Assembly (NCBI GenBank): GCA_963760795.1
Contig: CAVXEP010000022.1
Location: forward strand, 128,001-192,000
Source of the DNA: an uncultured delta proteobacterium
GTDB lineage: Bacteria > Desulfobacterota > Binatia > UBA9968
Reading direction: 5' to 3'
DNA: 64,000 nt
The notes below the pieces were generated by a model, which saw nothing but the letters and a program-made list of their open reading frames with translations, made no database searches and was not told where the DNA came from. Both the position numbers and the translations under genes were made by a program. Shown here piece after piece: positions 46,524-56,936 of the stretch (positions are counted from its first letter, which is position 1; every line of letters begins with the position of its first letter).

Positions 46524-46626
46524 AGCGGGCACTTCGTGCCCCATAGCCCTTGCCACAAAGAGATTTCCCAGATAACAAAGGAGATCGAAAAATAAACGGC
46601 ACGGGTATTTTCAGGAGGATAACGCC

Positions 46627-48396
46627 ATGGCAGATACCAACATCAAAAAATCCGGCGAACGTTGGCAGTCCGACATCATCGTCGATCTGATCAAACAATT
46701 CGACTTCCCTTATATCGCGCTCAATCCCGGCGCCAGTTACCGCGGTCTGCATGACTCGCTGGTCAACTACGGCGAGAACAAACCGGAAATGCTCCTGTGC
46801 AACCATGAGAAGATCGCCGTGCAGATCGCCCATGGCTACGCCAAGGCCACCGGCAAGCCGATGATCGCGATTGTCCATAACGTCGTCGGTCTGTTGCATG
46901 CGCCCATGGGTATTTACTACGCCTACATCGACCGCTCGCCGGTATTTATCATCGGCGCCACCGGTCCCATGGACGAGAAGCTGCGCCGGCCGTTCATCGA
47001 TTGGATTCACACCGCCTTCGCCCAGGGCGATGTCGTGCGCGGATTTACTAAATGGGATTACCAGCCCGGCAGCATTCACGGCGTCCCCGATTCCTTCGCG
47101 CGCGCCTACTCGATCATGATGAGCGAGCCCCAAGGCCCGGTCTACATGGTCTACGACTCGGCGATGCAGGAAGCCAAGCTGACCGAAGATGTGCCGGTGC
47201 CGAATTTTCACATCAAAGTACCGTCCCGCGTCGCGCCCGAACAGGTGGTCATCGACCAAGCCGCCGACATGCTGGTGGCGGCGAATAATCCGTTGCTGTT
47301 AACTGAATACGCCGCGCGCATGCCGACGGGGTATCAATCGACGGTGGAACTCGCCGAAACCGTCGGCGCCTCGGTTTACGACATCAACAAACGTTTGGGC
47401 TTTCCCAACAAACATCCGCTGAGCGTCAGTTTCCACAACGACGCTTTCAATGGCGTCGACCTGGTCACCGCTCTCGACGTCGTCGACTGGACCCGCGGCT
47501 CGCACAAATTGAATACCCAGACCCGCGAAATCCAGGTGATGACCACGGGGGACTGCAAATGGATCGATATCGGCTTCGCCGACATCGAAATCAGCAAGTG
47601 GGCCACCGACTACAACAAGCATCACAACTGGGATCATCGCGTGCTGGGCGACAGCGCGTTGTCGATTCCGGCGCTCACCGCGGCCTGTAAGAAACGCATC
47701 GACGGCAACAAAGCACTCACCAGCCGCATCGCCGAGCGCAAGAAAGCCATCGGCGAACGCCACGATCGCCAGTGGCAAAAGTGGCAGGACCAAGTCAAAG
47801 AACAATGGAACGAGCGGCCCATGACCGAAGCGCGCCTGGCCCATGAAGCCTGGCAGGTGATCAAAGACGAAGACTGGGTGCTGACCGCCAATACTTTAAA
47901 AGAATGGGTGCACAAGGTTTGGGATTTCGACAAACCCTATCGCCACCTCGGCCGCGAATTGGGCACTGGCACGCAGATCGGTATGTCGATCGGCGCCGCA
48001 CTGGCTTACAAAGGCACGGGAAAACTAGTCGTCGACGTTCAGCCCGACGGCGATTTGATGTTCGACCTGGGCGCCCTGTGGATGCCGATTAAGTACAGCA
48101 TCCCGATGCTGATCTTGATGTACAACAACCGCGCCTACTACAACGACTGGGCGCATCAAATTCATATGGCGCACCAACGCGGCACCGATCCACAGCGCGC
48201 CTACATCGGCATGGACCTCGAAGGACCGCCCCCCGATTTCGCCCATATCGCCAAGGGCATCGGTTGGTATTCAGAAGGCGTCATCGAAGATCCCGCCGAG
48301 GTCGGCCCGGCACTGAAACGCGCCATCGCGCAAGTCAAAGCCGGCAAACCCGCGCTAGTCGACGCCGTCGTCTGGCGCCGCGGCGAGAATGCCTAG
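46627..48396 (+). CDS. Thiamine pyrophosphate-dependent enzyme (AHAS/decarboxylase fold), copy 1
   Basis: NPGASYRGLHDS, catalytic HE, AHGYAK, and variant TPP motif QPDGDLMF...NNRAY. Confidence 0.9.
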   Translation: MADTNIKKSGERWQSDIIVDLIKQFDFPYIALNPGASYRGLHDSLVNYGENKPEMLLCNHEKIAVQIAHGYAKATGKPMIAIVHNVVGLLHAPMGIYYAYIDRSPVFIIGATGPMDEKLRRPFIDWIHTAFAQGDVVRGFTKWDYQPGSIHGVPDSFARAYSIMMSEPQGPVYMVYDSAMQEAKLTEDVPVPNFHIKVPSRVAPEQVVIDQAADMLVAANNPLLLTEYAARMPTGYQSTVELAETVGASVYDINKRLGFPNKHPLSVSFHNDAFNGVDLVTALDVVDWTRGSHKLNTQTREIQVMTTGDCKWIDIGFADIEISKWATDYNKHHNWDHRVLGDSALSIPALTAACKKRIDGNKALTSRIAERKKAIGERHDRQWQKWQDQVKEQWNERPMTEARLAHEAWQVIKDEDWVLTANTLKEWVHKVWDFDKPYRHLGRELGTGTQIGMSIGAALAYKGTGKLVVDVQPDGDLMFDLGALWMPIKYSIPMLILMYNNRAYYNDWAHQIHMAHQRGTDPQRAYIGMDLEGPPPDFAHIAKGIGWYSEGVIEDPAEVGPALKRAIAQVKAGKPALVDAVVWRRGENA

Positions 48397-48405
48397 AAGA
48401 AACGA

Positions 48406-48538
48406 TTTCACCACAAAGAGCACAAAGGTCACATAGAAAAATATTCGGACTCGGAAATTTAGCCACGAGGAGCGCAAAACATTTCTAGGGCCGGTTTAAA
48501 ACCGGCCTACTTTGTGATCTTTGTGCCCTTTGTGGTTA
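48406..48538. repeat. CACAAAG-variant palindrome enclosing a GTAG-type REP
   Basis: ttcaccacaaagagcacaaaggtcac ... tagggccggtttaaaaccggcctac ... tttgtgatctttgtgccctttgtggtt. Confidence 0.75.
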
Positions 48539-48568
48539 ATGAATTTATTCTTTAAGGAGGATATCTGC

Positions 48569-50341
48569 ATGGCAGATTCAACAATCAAGAAATCCGAAAA
48601 ACGTTGGCAGTCCGACGTGATCGTCGACATGATCAAGAAGTATAATTTCGAGTACATCGCGCTCAACCCCGGCGCGAGCTACCGCGGCTTGCACGACTCG
48701 CTGGTCAACTATGGCGAGAACGATCCGCCGATGCTGACCTGCCAGCATGAAAAGATCGCCGTCCAGATCGCCCATGGCTACGCCCGCGCCAAGGGCAAGC
48801 CGATGATCGCCATCGTGCACAACTTGGTCGGCCTGCTGCACGCGCCCATGGGCATCTATTACGCTTATCTGGACCGCGCGCCGGTGTTTATCATGGGCGC
48901 CACCGGGCCGCTTGCCGAACCCAAGCGCCGGCCGTTCATCGACTGGATTCACACTGCCAACGTTCAGGGCGAAGCGATTCGTAACTTCGTTAAATGGGAC
49001 TATCAGCCATCCACCGTCGACGGTGTGCCGGGTGCCTTCGCGCGCGCCTATTCGATCATGATGAGCGCGCGCCAGGGACCGATCTATATGTGCTACGACG
49101 CCGGCCTGCAGGAAGCGGAACTCGACCATGATGTCGAAATGCCAATGGCCGGTGCCGTTGAAATGCCCACGCCGCCGGCGGCCGATCCCATCGCCCTCGC
49201 TAAGGCCGCCGACACTCTCGCTGGCGCCACCCGAGTTGCCATCATCGCCGACTTTGCCGCGCGCCCACCGCATGGCTGGAACCATGTGGTCGAACTCGCT
49301 GAAACTCTCGGCGCATCGGTATGGGATGTCGGCTCTCGGTTGAATTTCCCCAGCGATCATCCGTTGAATCTTACCTCTGACTTCGATGGCTGTTACGACG
49401 GCGTCGATGTCGTGCTCACTCTCGACATCGCCGACTTCGAAAAGCCGACCCATGTGCGCGACATCGCGACCCGCACGGTGGTCAGTAAAGTGCCGGCGGG
49501 CGCCACCTGGATCGATATCGGTTTTACCGATATCGAAACCAGTAAATGGTCCATGGACTACGCGCGACCCTACTACGCCCAACAACGTATGATCGCCGAC
49601 GTCGTCAGCGCCGCGCCGGCGCTGACCAAGCTCTTGAAAGAACGCATCGCCAAAACCCCAGGGCTGCGGGAAAAGATCGCCACGCGCGCCGCAGCGATCG
49701 GCAAACGCCACGCCGAGACCCGCGCCAAATGGGCCAAGCAAGCCCAGGAACACTGGGATCAAAAACCGATGACCGTGCCGCGCCTGGCCAGCGAAGTATG
49801 GGAAGCGATCAAAGGCGAGGACTGGGTGCTCACCGCCGGCGATCTTGGGTCATGGGGCAAGAAGCTATGGAACTTTGACCGGCCCTATTGCCATGGCGGT
49901 CGGGAACTAGGCACGGGAACCCAAATCGGCCTGTCGCTTGGTGTCGCACTTGCGAATAAAGGCACCGGCCGTCTGGTCGTCGACCTACAACCGGACGGTG
50001 ATTTGATGTTCGACGCCGGCGCGCTTTGGGTCGCCGCCAAGTATAAAATTCCTATGCTAGTCGTGATGTTCAACAACCGCGCCTATTACAACGACTGGAA
50101 CCATCAGCTGGTCTTGGCGCGCACCCGCGGCACCGATCCCAACCGTGCCTATCTCGGTATGGATCTCTACGGCCCCGATCCCGACTTCGCTGGCTTGGCG
50201 AAATCCATGGGCTGGTACGCCGAAGGCCCAATCGAAAACCCCGACGATCTCAAAGGTGCCCTTAAACGCGCCATCGAGCAGGTCAAGCAAGGCAAGCCCG
50301 CATTGATCGATGCGATTTGCGACCGTAGAAATCACGGTTAA
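48569..50341 (+). CDS. Thiamine pyrophosphate-dependent enzyme, copy 2 (paralogue)
   Basis: Same motifs as copy 1; ATG follows AAGGAGG. Confidence 0.9.
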   Translation: MADSTIKKSEKRWQSDVIVDMIKKYNFEYIALNPGASYRGLHDSLVNYGENDPPMLTCQHEKIAVQIAHGYARAKGKPMIAIVHNLVGLLHAPMGIYYAYLDRAPVFIMGATGPLAEPKRRPFIDWIHTANVQGEAIRNFVKWDYQPSTVDGVPGAFARAYSIMMSARQGPIYMCYDAGLQEAELDHDVEMPMAGAVEMPTPPAADPIALAKAADTLAGATRVAIIADFAARPPHGWNHVVELAETLGASVWDVGSRLNFPSDHPLNLTSDFDGCYDGVDVVLTLDIADFEKPTHVRDIATRTVVSKVPAGATWIDIGFTDIETSKWSMDYARPYYAQQRMIADVVSAAPALTKLLKERIAKTPGLREKIATRAAAIGKRHAETRAKWAKQAQEHWDQKPMTVPRLASEVWEAIKGEDWVLTAGDLGSWGKKLWNFDRPYCHGGRELGTGTQIGLSLGVALANKGTGRLVVDLQPDGDLMFDAGALWVAAKYKIPMLVVMFNNRAYYNDWNHQLVLARTRGTDPNRAYLGMDLYGPDPDFAGLAKSMGWYAEGPIENPDDLKGALKRAIEQVKQGKPALIDAICDRRNHG

Positions 50342-50346
50342 TTGCC

Positions 50347-50389
50347 GCGAACATCCCCGCGTCCGCCAAGGGCACGGGGATGTTTTCGC
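50347..50389 (+). terminator. Probable intrinsic terminator after the TPP genes
   Basis: Stem aacatccccg / cggggatgtt immediately after the stop codon. Confidence 0.6.
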
Positions 50390-50491
50390 ATCTCTGGTAA
50401 AACCGTCCCGTAAGGCGCATAGTGCGGCTATTGCTTCGCTAATCTGGCGATTTAGCGAGGGATCCGCGCCATTCAGAAAGCAGACGCAACC

Positions 50492-50534
50492 TTGACAGAG
50501 CGCTCTTTCGTCCTTAACTTGCGGACTATATAAT
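50492..50534 (+). promoter_or_regulatory. Candidate sigma70 promoter elements upstream of the sigma gene
   Basis: TTGACA at 50492 with TAACTT 17 bp later, and a separate TATAAT at 50529, within an AT-rich region. Confidence 0.35.
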
Positions 50535-50739
50535 ACGTGAAATTTTTAGAGCAAATAATTGATATCACTGATATTTAAACGCATCTATCATAAACGTTAG
50601 GGACCAATCGGGACAACTAATTCGCCAACACTGCGAACGTATCGGCCACTTGGCGCGTCTAATGCATAATCATTGAATAGTTAAACGTGGATTCTGCGGA
50701 ACTCACAAGGCCGATTCAGGGTTATCCAAGGAGAACACT

Positions 50740-52269
50740 GTGGCAAGCGAATTCGACATCGATAAGCCAATGGATGAGAACTTCGAAGAGAAGGAAATTT
50801 CCGATCTTGCCCCGGCTGATTCGGAAATGAACTTTAGCTCGATCAACGAAACCGGCGCGGAACCGGAGCCCGAGGTTAAGGAGTCTGACTTCGCCATGAG
50901 CTCGGTACAGCAGTACCTACGCGATATTGGCGCAGTGCCCCTGCTCAGCCGCGAGCGTGAGATTGAACTGGCCATGCGCATCGAGGCGGGCCAGAACGAG
51001 ATTCTGCGAGCGCTGTTCTCCGCGCCTTCCGCCCTGCGTTATGTCATCCAACTCGGCCGCAAGGTTGCCGACGGCGAGCTGGAAATCAACGAAGTCTTAG
51101 AAAAGCCCGACGATCACGACAAAGAAGCCAGTAACGGACAGGATCCCAAGGTTTTTCTGCAATCCGTCGCCAAGCTGCGCCGTTTGGGCCAGAACCAAGA
51201 TGACCTTCACCGCGCACTTGGATACAAACGCATTGCCAAGGAACGCTATGAGTCTTTGAGCGAAAAAGAAACCGCTCTGACCGCGAAGATCTGCGCGTTG
51301 ATCCAAGACCTCCATCTCGCGGCGCACCACGTCGACGCCTGGATTGTCCGGCTCAAGCGCGCCGCTAACCGAGTCGAAGAATTGGAGCAACAAAAATCGC
51401 GGGCCACCCGAACGCAAAAAAACCACATTGCCGCGGAAATCGAAGCCATCGAGGAATCCGTCGGCCGCGACGTTACGGTGATCAAGCGGCTCGGGCGCGA
51501 ACTCGTGCATGGCGAACATGCCGTGCAGCTCGCCCGTAAGGAATTTACCGAGGCCAACCTGCGGTTGGTCGTGAGCATTGCCAAGAAATACATGAACCGC
51601 GGACTGGCGTTTCTCGATCTCATTCAGGAAGGCAATCTCGGCCTAATGCGCGCGGTGGACAAGTTCGACTACCGGCTCGGTTTTCGCTTTTCGACCTACG
51701 CCAGTTGGTGGATTCGCCAAGCGATCACCCGCGGCTTGATCGACACCGGCCACACCATTCGCGTGCCGGTGCATCGCGTCGAATCGCGCAACAAGGTGAT
51801 GCAGACGGCCCGCGAGATGCAACGCCGGCTCGGCCGAGAACCCTCGCCCGAAGAACTGGCGCAAGAACTGGGAATTTCGGTGCAAGAGATGCTCAACTCG
51901 GTGCAGAGCCACGGCGAACCGGTATCATTGCACACACCGGTTTGGGAAGACGGCGATGAGCTCGGCGATTTCGTCGAGGATCGCATCGGCCCGCAACCGG
52001 AAAGCCAAGCGTTGGAAAGCACCCTCTGCACCGAAGTTCGCAAGGCGCTGTCCGTGCTCACGCCGCGCCAGGAAGCGGTGCTGCGCATGCGCTTCGGCAT
52101 CGAGCTCAAGCGCGACTACACCCTCGAGGAACTAGGGCAAAAGTTTTCCGTGACCCGCGAGCGCATCCGCCAAATCGAACAAAAGTCGCTGCAAATTCTG
52201 CGCAACCCCAACCGGCGCAAACCGCAAACAGCGGTGATCAAGGACTCGCCGGCGACCCAACTCAATTAG
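50740..52269 (+). CDS. RpoD-like sigma-70 factor (divergent paralogue)
   Basis: Region 1.2 YLRDIG.VPLL; region 2 [14 protein letters not shown]...DLIQEGN...[15 protein letters not shown]; region 4 [16 protein letters not shown]. Confidence 0.93.
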   Translation: MASEFDIDKPMDENFEEKEISDLAPADSEMNFSSINETGAEPEPEVKESDFAMSSVQQYLRDIGAVPLLSREREIELAMRIEAGQNEILRALFSAPSALRYVIQLGRKVADGELEINEVLEKPDDHDKEASNGQDPKVFLQSVAKLRRLGQNQDDLHRALGYKRIAKERYESLSEKETALTAKICALIQDLHLAAHHVDAWIVRLKRAANRVEELEQQKSRATRTQKNHIAAEIEAIEESVGRDVTVIKRLGRELVHGEHAVQLARKEFTEANLRLVVSIAKKYMNRGLAFLDLIQEGNLGLMRAVDKFDYRLGFRFSTYASWWIRQAITRGLIDTGHTIRVPVHRVESRNKVMQTAREMQRRLGREPSPEELAQELGISVQEMLNSVQSHGEPVSLHTPVWEDGDELGDFVEDRIGPQPESQALESTLCTEVRKALSVLTPRQEAVLRMRFGIELKRDYTLEELGQKFSVTRERIRQIEQKSLQILRNPNRRKPQTAVIKDSPATQLN

Positions 52270-52287
52270 CAGCACCCGTCGGTCGTT

Positions 52288-52348
52288 CACGGTTCAACGT
52301 CCAGATTCGCCAAATGATAAGCAGCGACTCTTAGGACGTTGAACCGTG
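52288..52348. repeat. 15-bp perfect inverted repeat (TTGAAC family) between convergent genes
   Basis: cacggttcaacgtcc - 31 nt - ggacgttgaaccgtg. Confidence 0.7.
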
Positions 52349-52396
52349 TTTTTGTCGCGTCGAAGTTCGCCGCAAGCCAAACAGACCAGCTGTAGT

Positions 52397-52837
52397 TTAT
52401 TTCGCAAGCGGTGCGGCCGGAATCGGCGTCGGATTGCCCGGCGTGAGCGGAATTTGCTCCACAAGGCTAACCTTATTGACAAAATGACGTGTCTCACCGA
52501 AGCAAGTGGTCGGCAGGCCAATTTTCTCTTCGTAGTGCAGCGATACCCGCTGGCCGATCAGCTTGTTGATGGCGTCAGCGACGCTGTCGTCGCGCACCGT
52601 GAAGATAAATTTCTCCGGTGTGGTGCCTGGCATGGACACCATCGACAACTCGCCCTCCCAGGTTTTGCAAACCCAGCCTTTTTTCGACAGCTTCTGCACC
52701 CAGCCGGCGCGTTCGCCGACGGAAAAATTCCAACTTAGAAACAGCCAAAGATATCCCGCGGTCAAGCCCGAAAGCACGACTATCACGATCAATAGTATGG
52801 TAATGATCCCGCCAGCTTGTTCATTCCTACGCATCAT
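52397..52837 (-). CDS. Conserved hypothetical single-pass membrane protein
   Basis: N-terminal TM segment, then S.GERAGWVQKLSKKGWVCKTWEGEL...LHYEEK...CFGET. Confidence 0.8.
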   Translation of the reverse strand: MMRRNEQAGGIITILLIVIVVLSGLTAGYLWLFLSWNFSVGERAGWVQKLSKKGWVCKTWEGELSMVSMPGTTPEKFIFTVRDDSVADAINKLIGQRVSLHYEEKIGLPTTCFGETRHFVNKVSLVEQIPLTPGNPTPIPAAPLAK

Positions 52838-52946
52838 CGATCCTAGTGAGCCAAGCACCACACCGGTAACCTGATGGGGCTCTTGCGAAATATTTTGAAC
52901 GATGGACTAGTTGGGCGATGGTCGTGAGAGAAGCTATACAAATCAA

Positions 52947-52986
52947 TCGGCGAGCTAAGCCGATACCAACCGGCTTAGCTCGCCGA
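52947..52986 (-). terminator. Hairpin / probable terminator of the cupin gene
   Basis: 16-bp perfect stem tcggcgagctaagccg / cggcttagctcgccga, followed by ttgatttgt on the minus strand. Confidence 0.7.
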
Positions 52987-53008
52987 GAACATGAATCGAA
53001 GAAATTAT

Positions 53009-54173
53009 CTAAGTATCCCGCTCGCTCGTCGGCCCAACTTCGCCGGTGCACCAGGGAATAAACGCTTTCATCCTGCAGGTCGCGCCGTGGGCCTTGAGTT
53101 CCTTTTCGAAGATCGAGTGAATCTCGCGATCTTCGTCATCGTACTCGACCTGCCAGCCGCCTTCTTTGAGGCTCTTGTCGGCATTCTCACCGCCGCCGCC
53201 GCGGCTTTTCTTGTAGAGGCCCATGTCGCCGGGACGGAGGGCCAGGTAACGTGCCCGCGTCGTGCCCGAGTTAAAGTGCTGGTGGTAGCAGTTGTCGTTG
53301 GGCACGGTGACCAAGGAGCCCAGCGCCCAGTCGCATTTGATCATGTCGGAGCGATCTTCCTTGGTCCAGATCAGTGAATAGCCGCCGGTACCGCTGAGCA
53401 ATACCAGATGGGCGCCGGGGCCATGGCGGTGCGCTTTCTTATAGGTACCGATGGGAAACTCGGAGATATGGCTCTTGGTGTTGTTGTCGGCCATTTCCAA
53501 CATGGCGTTGATGCCGCCGGCGCCGCGTTCTTTCCAGCCGTAGAGCGCCATGTCCGGGCGCGTTGGCAATGAAGTTAGACTCCCATACGCGACGGGTAAA
53601 AAGTTTGCCCTTGCCGCTGAAGTAGTCCTCTTCACCGGCGTAGCGGTTGGTAAACATGTAGGGATTGTTGAAGATGAAATTATTGTCGCGGTACAGCCGC
53701 ATCATCGGCGGCGCGTTGGTGACCGCTATGTAGCGCGTCGGCTCTTGACCGCTGCCGTTGAAGTTTTGATACCAGCAATTGAGCGGGATCGAAAAAAGGC
53801 TGCCCGCCTGCCACTCGAAGCTGCTTTTCTTTTTTTCATCCTGCCAGATCGACGTCGCGCCCCGCCCCGACACGACGTAGATTGTCGCCTCATACATATG
53901 GTGCTCGGGCTCGGACTTGCCCCCCGGCTTGATTTCAATCACATGACAATCGTTGGGCATATGATTGTTGTTGATATGAACGACCGCGCCGCTGCCGCCT
54001 TTGCGCTCCCACGGCACCAATTCGATCTTCGCCATACTCGGGAAATAGAACTCTTCGTAGACGCGCACGCCCTCTTTCTTAAGCCACTCCGAGTAGGGGT
54101 CGAGTTTAACATATTCCTTGAGCCCCTCTTTCGGGGTTTCGGCGATTTTCATGTCGGTGCCTAGCATGACCAC
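53009..54173 (-). CDS. Bicupin-domain protein (frameshift near 55555-type C run at ~53555)
   Basis: EHHMYE...GRGAT..W...EW..GSLF.IP in cupin 1; KKAHRHGPGAH...HQHFN in cupin 2; extra C in GCGCCCGGA. Confidence 0.82.
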
Positions 54174-54277
54174 GGGTATATCCTCCTCTGATTCGGTGAA
54201 CCTAAGCTAACCTTATATCCTGCTAATTGGAATATCCGATGGCGGGCAAAGTTGTCAACGAGCGGAGCGCATTATCG

Positions 54278-54694
54278 TCACTTGTGAAAAATCGCCGACT
54301 CCGGGCGAATCTCCATGAGTTCGATGACATTGCCGTCCGGGTCGGCGATAAATGCGATCCGGTAGTGCGCTCGCCCCTCGCGCACCGGCCGCTCGGGATG
54401 GACATTCAAAGTCGCCAAGTGGCGGATCGCTTCGTCTATATCGTCAACTACTAGACAGTAATGCTGATAACCGATGGCATTTGCCGGGGTCTGAAACTTC
54501 TCCGTGCCGTTGGTGAAAATCTCGAGATGTTGACCGGGAGCAAACTCCAAAAACATCAACTCCTGGCGCCCGTCCTGCGGTTCGCCGTGAAATACTTTAC
54601 GGGCGCCGAAGGCATCCGCGTACCACTTCACACAGCGCTCCAAATCCGCCACCCGAAATGCCACATGGCCGAAACGAACTCCTGAAATTGTCAT
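54278..54694 (-). CDS. VOC/glyoxalase family protein
   Basis: HVAFRVADL, HYCLVVDD and FIADPDGNVIEL. Confidence 0.92.
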   Translation of the reverse strand: MTISGVRFGHVAFRVADLERCVKWYADAFGARKVFHGEPQDGRQELMFLEFAPGQHLEIFTNGTEKFQTPANAIGYQHYCLVVDDIDEAIRHLATLNVHPERPVREGRAHYRIAFIADPDGNVIELMEIRPESAIFHK

Positions 54695-54729
54695 TAACGA
54701 TCTCTCCGAAGTGTAGTTGCCAAGAACGA

Positions 54730-55737
54730 CTATTTCTTAGCCCATAGTTTGTCGAAAAACCCGCTTTTTTGCAGCCCGTCAAGATAGCGGCGATCGATCA
54801 GATCTTGGACTTTGATTTTGCTGGCTCGGGGGTCCGTCTTACCGGTTTCGTCAATAATCGCCTGCAGCGCCTCGTTTTTGAATTCCAGGCGCGGCTCCAA
54901 TACTTTGATCTCTTCATCGTAAGCCGCATCCAAAACTTTCCGGTCGTTAATGCGCAGTTGCTTGGCCAAGACCCGATAGGTCAACTCTTTATCGGTAAAC
55001 ATCAGTTTCATCGCTTCGGCCGTCACTCTGACAAATTTCTCGAAGGCCGCGCCTCGTGCATTCAACATCGAACGGCGCGCGATCAGCGTAGCCGCGGCAA
55101 ACGGTATCTGCAGGTCGGGTCCGTAGACGAGATAACGAAATCCCTGAGCGACCGCTTTGCTCCCACCTGATGGGCCGGTCATCGTCGCAGCGTCGACGGC
55201 ACCATTGAGCAACGCCGCAAGATTTTCCACTTGGCCACCGGTTTGGATAAAGTGGAGATCCGCTGGTTCGACGCCGTTGCGCCGCAAAGCCTGGACGACA
55301 AAATAATGCGAATTACTACCCAATCGCGTCAAGCCGAGTTTCTTGCCGCGCAATTCCTCGGCTCTTTTGATTTCCGCCTTGGCGACGATACTGTGCGTCA
55401 GAGTGTTCTTCGCGCTGGCAATAAAAACCAGGTCGGTGACTCCCTGGGCGGCGGCGCGAATGATCGCCTCGCCGCCACCGATGGCGACTTGACCATCACC
55501 GCTGAGAATCGCCGCGGTCACCAGCTGAGCCGACGAAATATATACCAGTTGGAAGTCTAAATCGTATTTGCGAAACAACCCAACTTCCTCGGCGATCCAC
55601 GGCATCGCCTGGGACATCGTCCGCGCCGACTGAAAGCCGATGAGTTTATCGACCGCCTTTCCTTCGACAGGGATAAACAGAACCCAGAATCCAAGCGCCA
55701 AGCTAAGGAGCCAACTAACAACACGCGGGGTTGCCAT
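54730..55737 (-). CDS. NitT/TauT substrate-binding protein
   Basis: GLFRKYDLD and LRGKKLGLTRLGSNS; ATG 55737 follows AGGAGG. Confidence 0.88.
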   Translation of the reverse strand: MATPRVVSWLLSLALGFWVLFIPVEGKAVDKLIGFQSARTMSQAMPWIAEEVGLFRKYDLDFQLVYISSAQLVTAAILSGDGQVAIGGGEAIIRAAAQGVTDLVFIASAKNTLTHSIVAKAEIKRAEELRGKKLGLTRLGSNSHYFVVQALRRNGVEPADLHFIQTGGQVENLAALLNGAVDAATMTGPSGGSKAVAQGFRYLVYGPDLQIPFAAATLIARRSMLNARGAAFEKFVRVTAEAMKLMFTDKELTYRVLAKQLRINDRKVLDAAYDEEIKVLEPRLEFKNEALQAIIDETGKTDPRASKIKVQDLIDRRYLDGLQKSGFFDKLWAKK

Positions 55738-55970
55738 AGGTACGACCTCCTGAGACCGTTCAGTCTCATCGAGCGATTTCGTTGAGCAGGGCGACAGTAT
55801 CAAAAAGCGCGTTATCCGACTACAGCGGTGCCGTAGCAACTTCCAGACGGCCATGCCGTAGTGAAACATTTGGTGGAACATCGACCCGGCACGGAAAAAC
55901 CGCCCAGGACTTGACCGCAAGCTTATGGCGATGTTACGCAATCATTCACCAGAACACTGCGGAGGAAACC

Positions 55971-56915
55971 ATGAAAATTGTTGTCTATGGCCCGGAGCGG
56001 CGCATCGGCGCGTTGGCCGGCGATCGCGTCATCGATCTCAACCGCGCAGCGGCGCAGCTGCCGGCGCGCTTGTTAAACTTCATCGAAGCCGGCAAGCCTG
56101 CCCTCGATGGCGCAACTCTAGCCATCGATAAACATGGGAAATCCAGTCCCGGCGACGGCATTGTTCACGCCCTGGACCAGGTCCAGCTTCACGCGCCCTG
56201 GCCGGAACGGCGTGTCGCCTGTGTCGGCGGCAACTACGCCAAGCATCTGCTCGGCATGTGGGCGAACCGCTTGGGCAAAACTGACATCACCGTCGAGGAA
56301 GTCGCGGCGGAAGCCAAGAAGGCCGGCCAATGGGGATTCTGGAAAGTGCCCGCCGAAGTCGCCGGGCCCGGGGGAACGATTCCATTTCCCAAACGGGTCA
56401 CCTATTTCGATTATGAAGGCGAAGTCGCGATCGTCATCGGCAAACGCGGCAAAAATATTCCGGCTAATAAAGTGAACGACTATGTCTGGGGAGTCACGTT
56501 GTTCCACGACTGGTCGATCCGCGACGGCGGCGGCACCGATAGAGCCGTTAGCTATAATTTGGCAAAGAATTTCGACGGCGCCGCGTCCATGGGACCCTGC
56601 ATCGTCGTCGGCGAAACCGGCCAACAAGAGGTCGACGTTGAGACGCGCGTCAATGGCGTGGTGCGCCAGAGCTATAGCACCAGTGAAATGATTTGGGACT
56701 TCGGCGAAGTGTTGGAATACTTGTCGCAAGACTTTACCTTCGTGCCCGGCGATGTCATCGCCGGCGGCACATCGGCGGGTACAGCGGCGGACAAGTCGCG
56801 CCGCAGCCCGGACGGCAAACGGCCACTCGATCTATTTTTGAAAGTCGGCGACCTCGTCGAAGTGTCGTCGTCGAAGATTGGCGCGCTATCGAACAAGATC
56901 GTCTCCAGCGACTAG
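55971..56915 (+). CDS. Fumarylacetoacetate hydrolase family protein
   Basis: GGNYAKH, FWK, DYEGE, HDWSIRD, AKNFD and PGDVI.GGT. Confidence 0.92.
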   Translation: MKIVVYGPERRIGALAGDRVIDLNRAAAQLPARLLNFIEAGKPALDGATLAIDKHGKSSPGDGIVHALDQVQLHAPWPERRVACVGGNYAKHLLGMWANRLGKTDITVEEVAAEAKKAGQWGFWKVPAEVAGPGGTIPFPKRVTYFDYEGEVAIVIGKRGKNIPANKVNDYVWGVTLFHDWSIRDGGGTDRAVSYNLAKNFDGAASMGPCIVVGETGQQEVDVETRVNGVVRQSYSTSEMIWDFGEVLEYLSQDFTFVPGDVIAGGTSAGTAADKSRRSPDGKRPLDLFLKVGDLVEVSSSKIGALSNKIVSSD

Positions 56916-56936
56916 CGAACATCAAAGGGATCCACC

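Noticed and set aside
50400-50740. AT-rich stretch as a replication origin or island boundary
   Set aside because: No DnaA-box cluster, integrase, tRNA or att-like repeat was seen; it is better explained as a promoter region.
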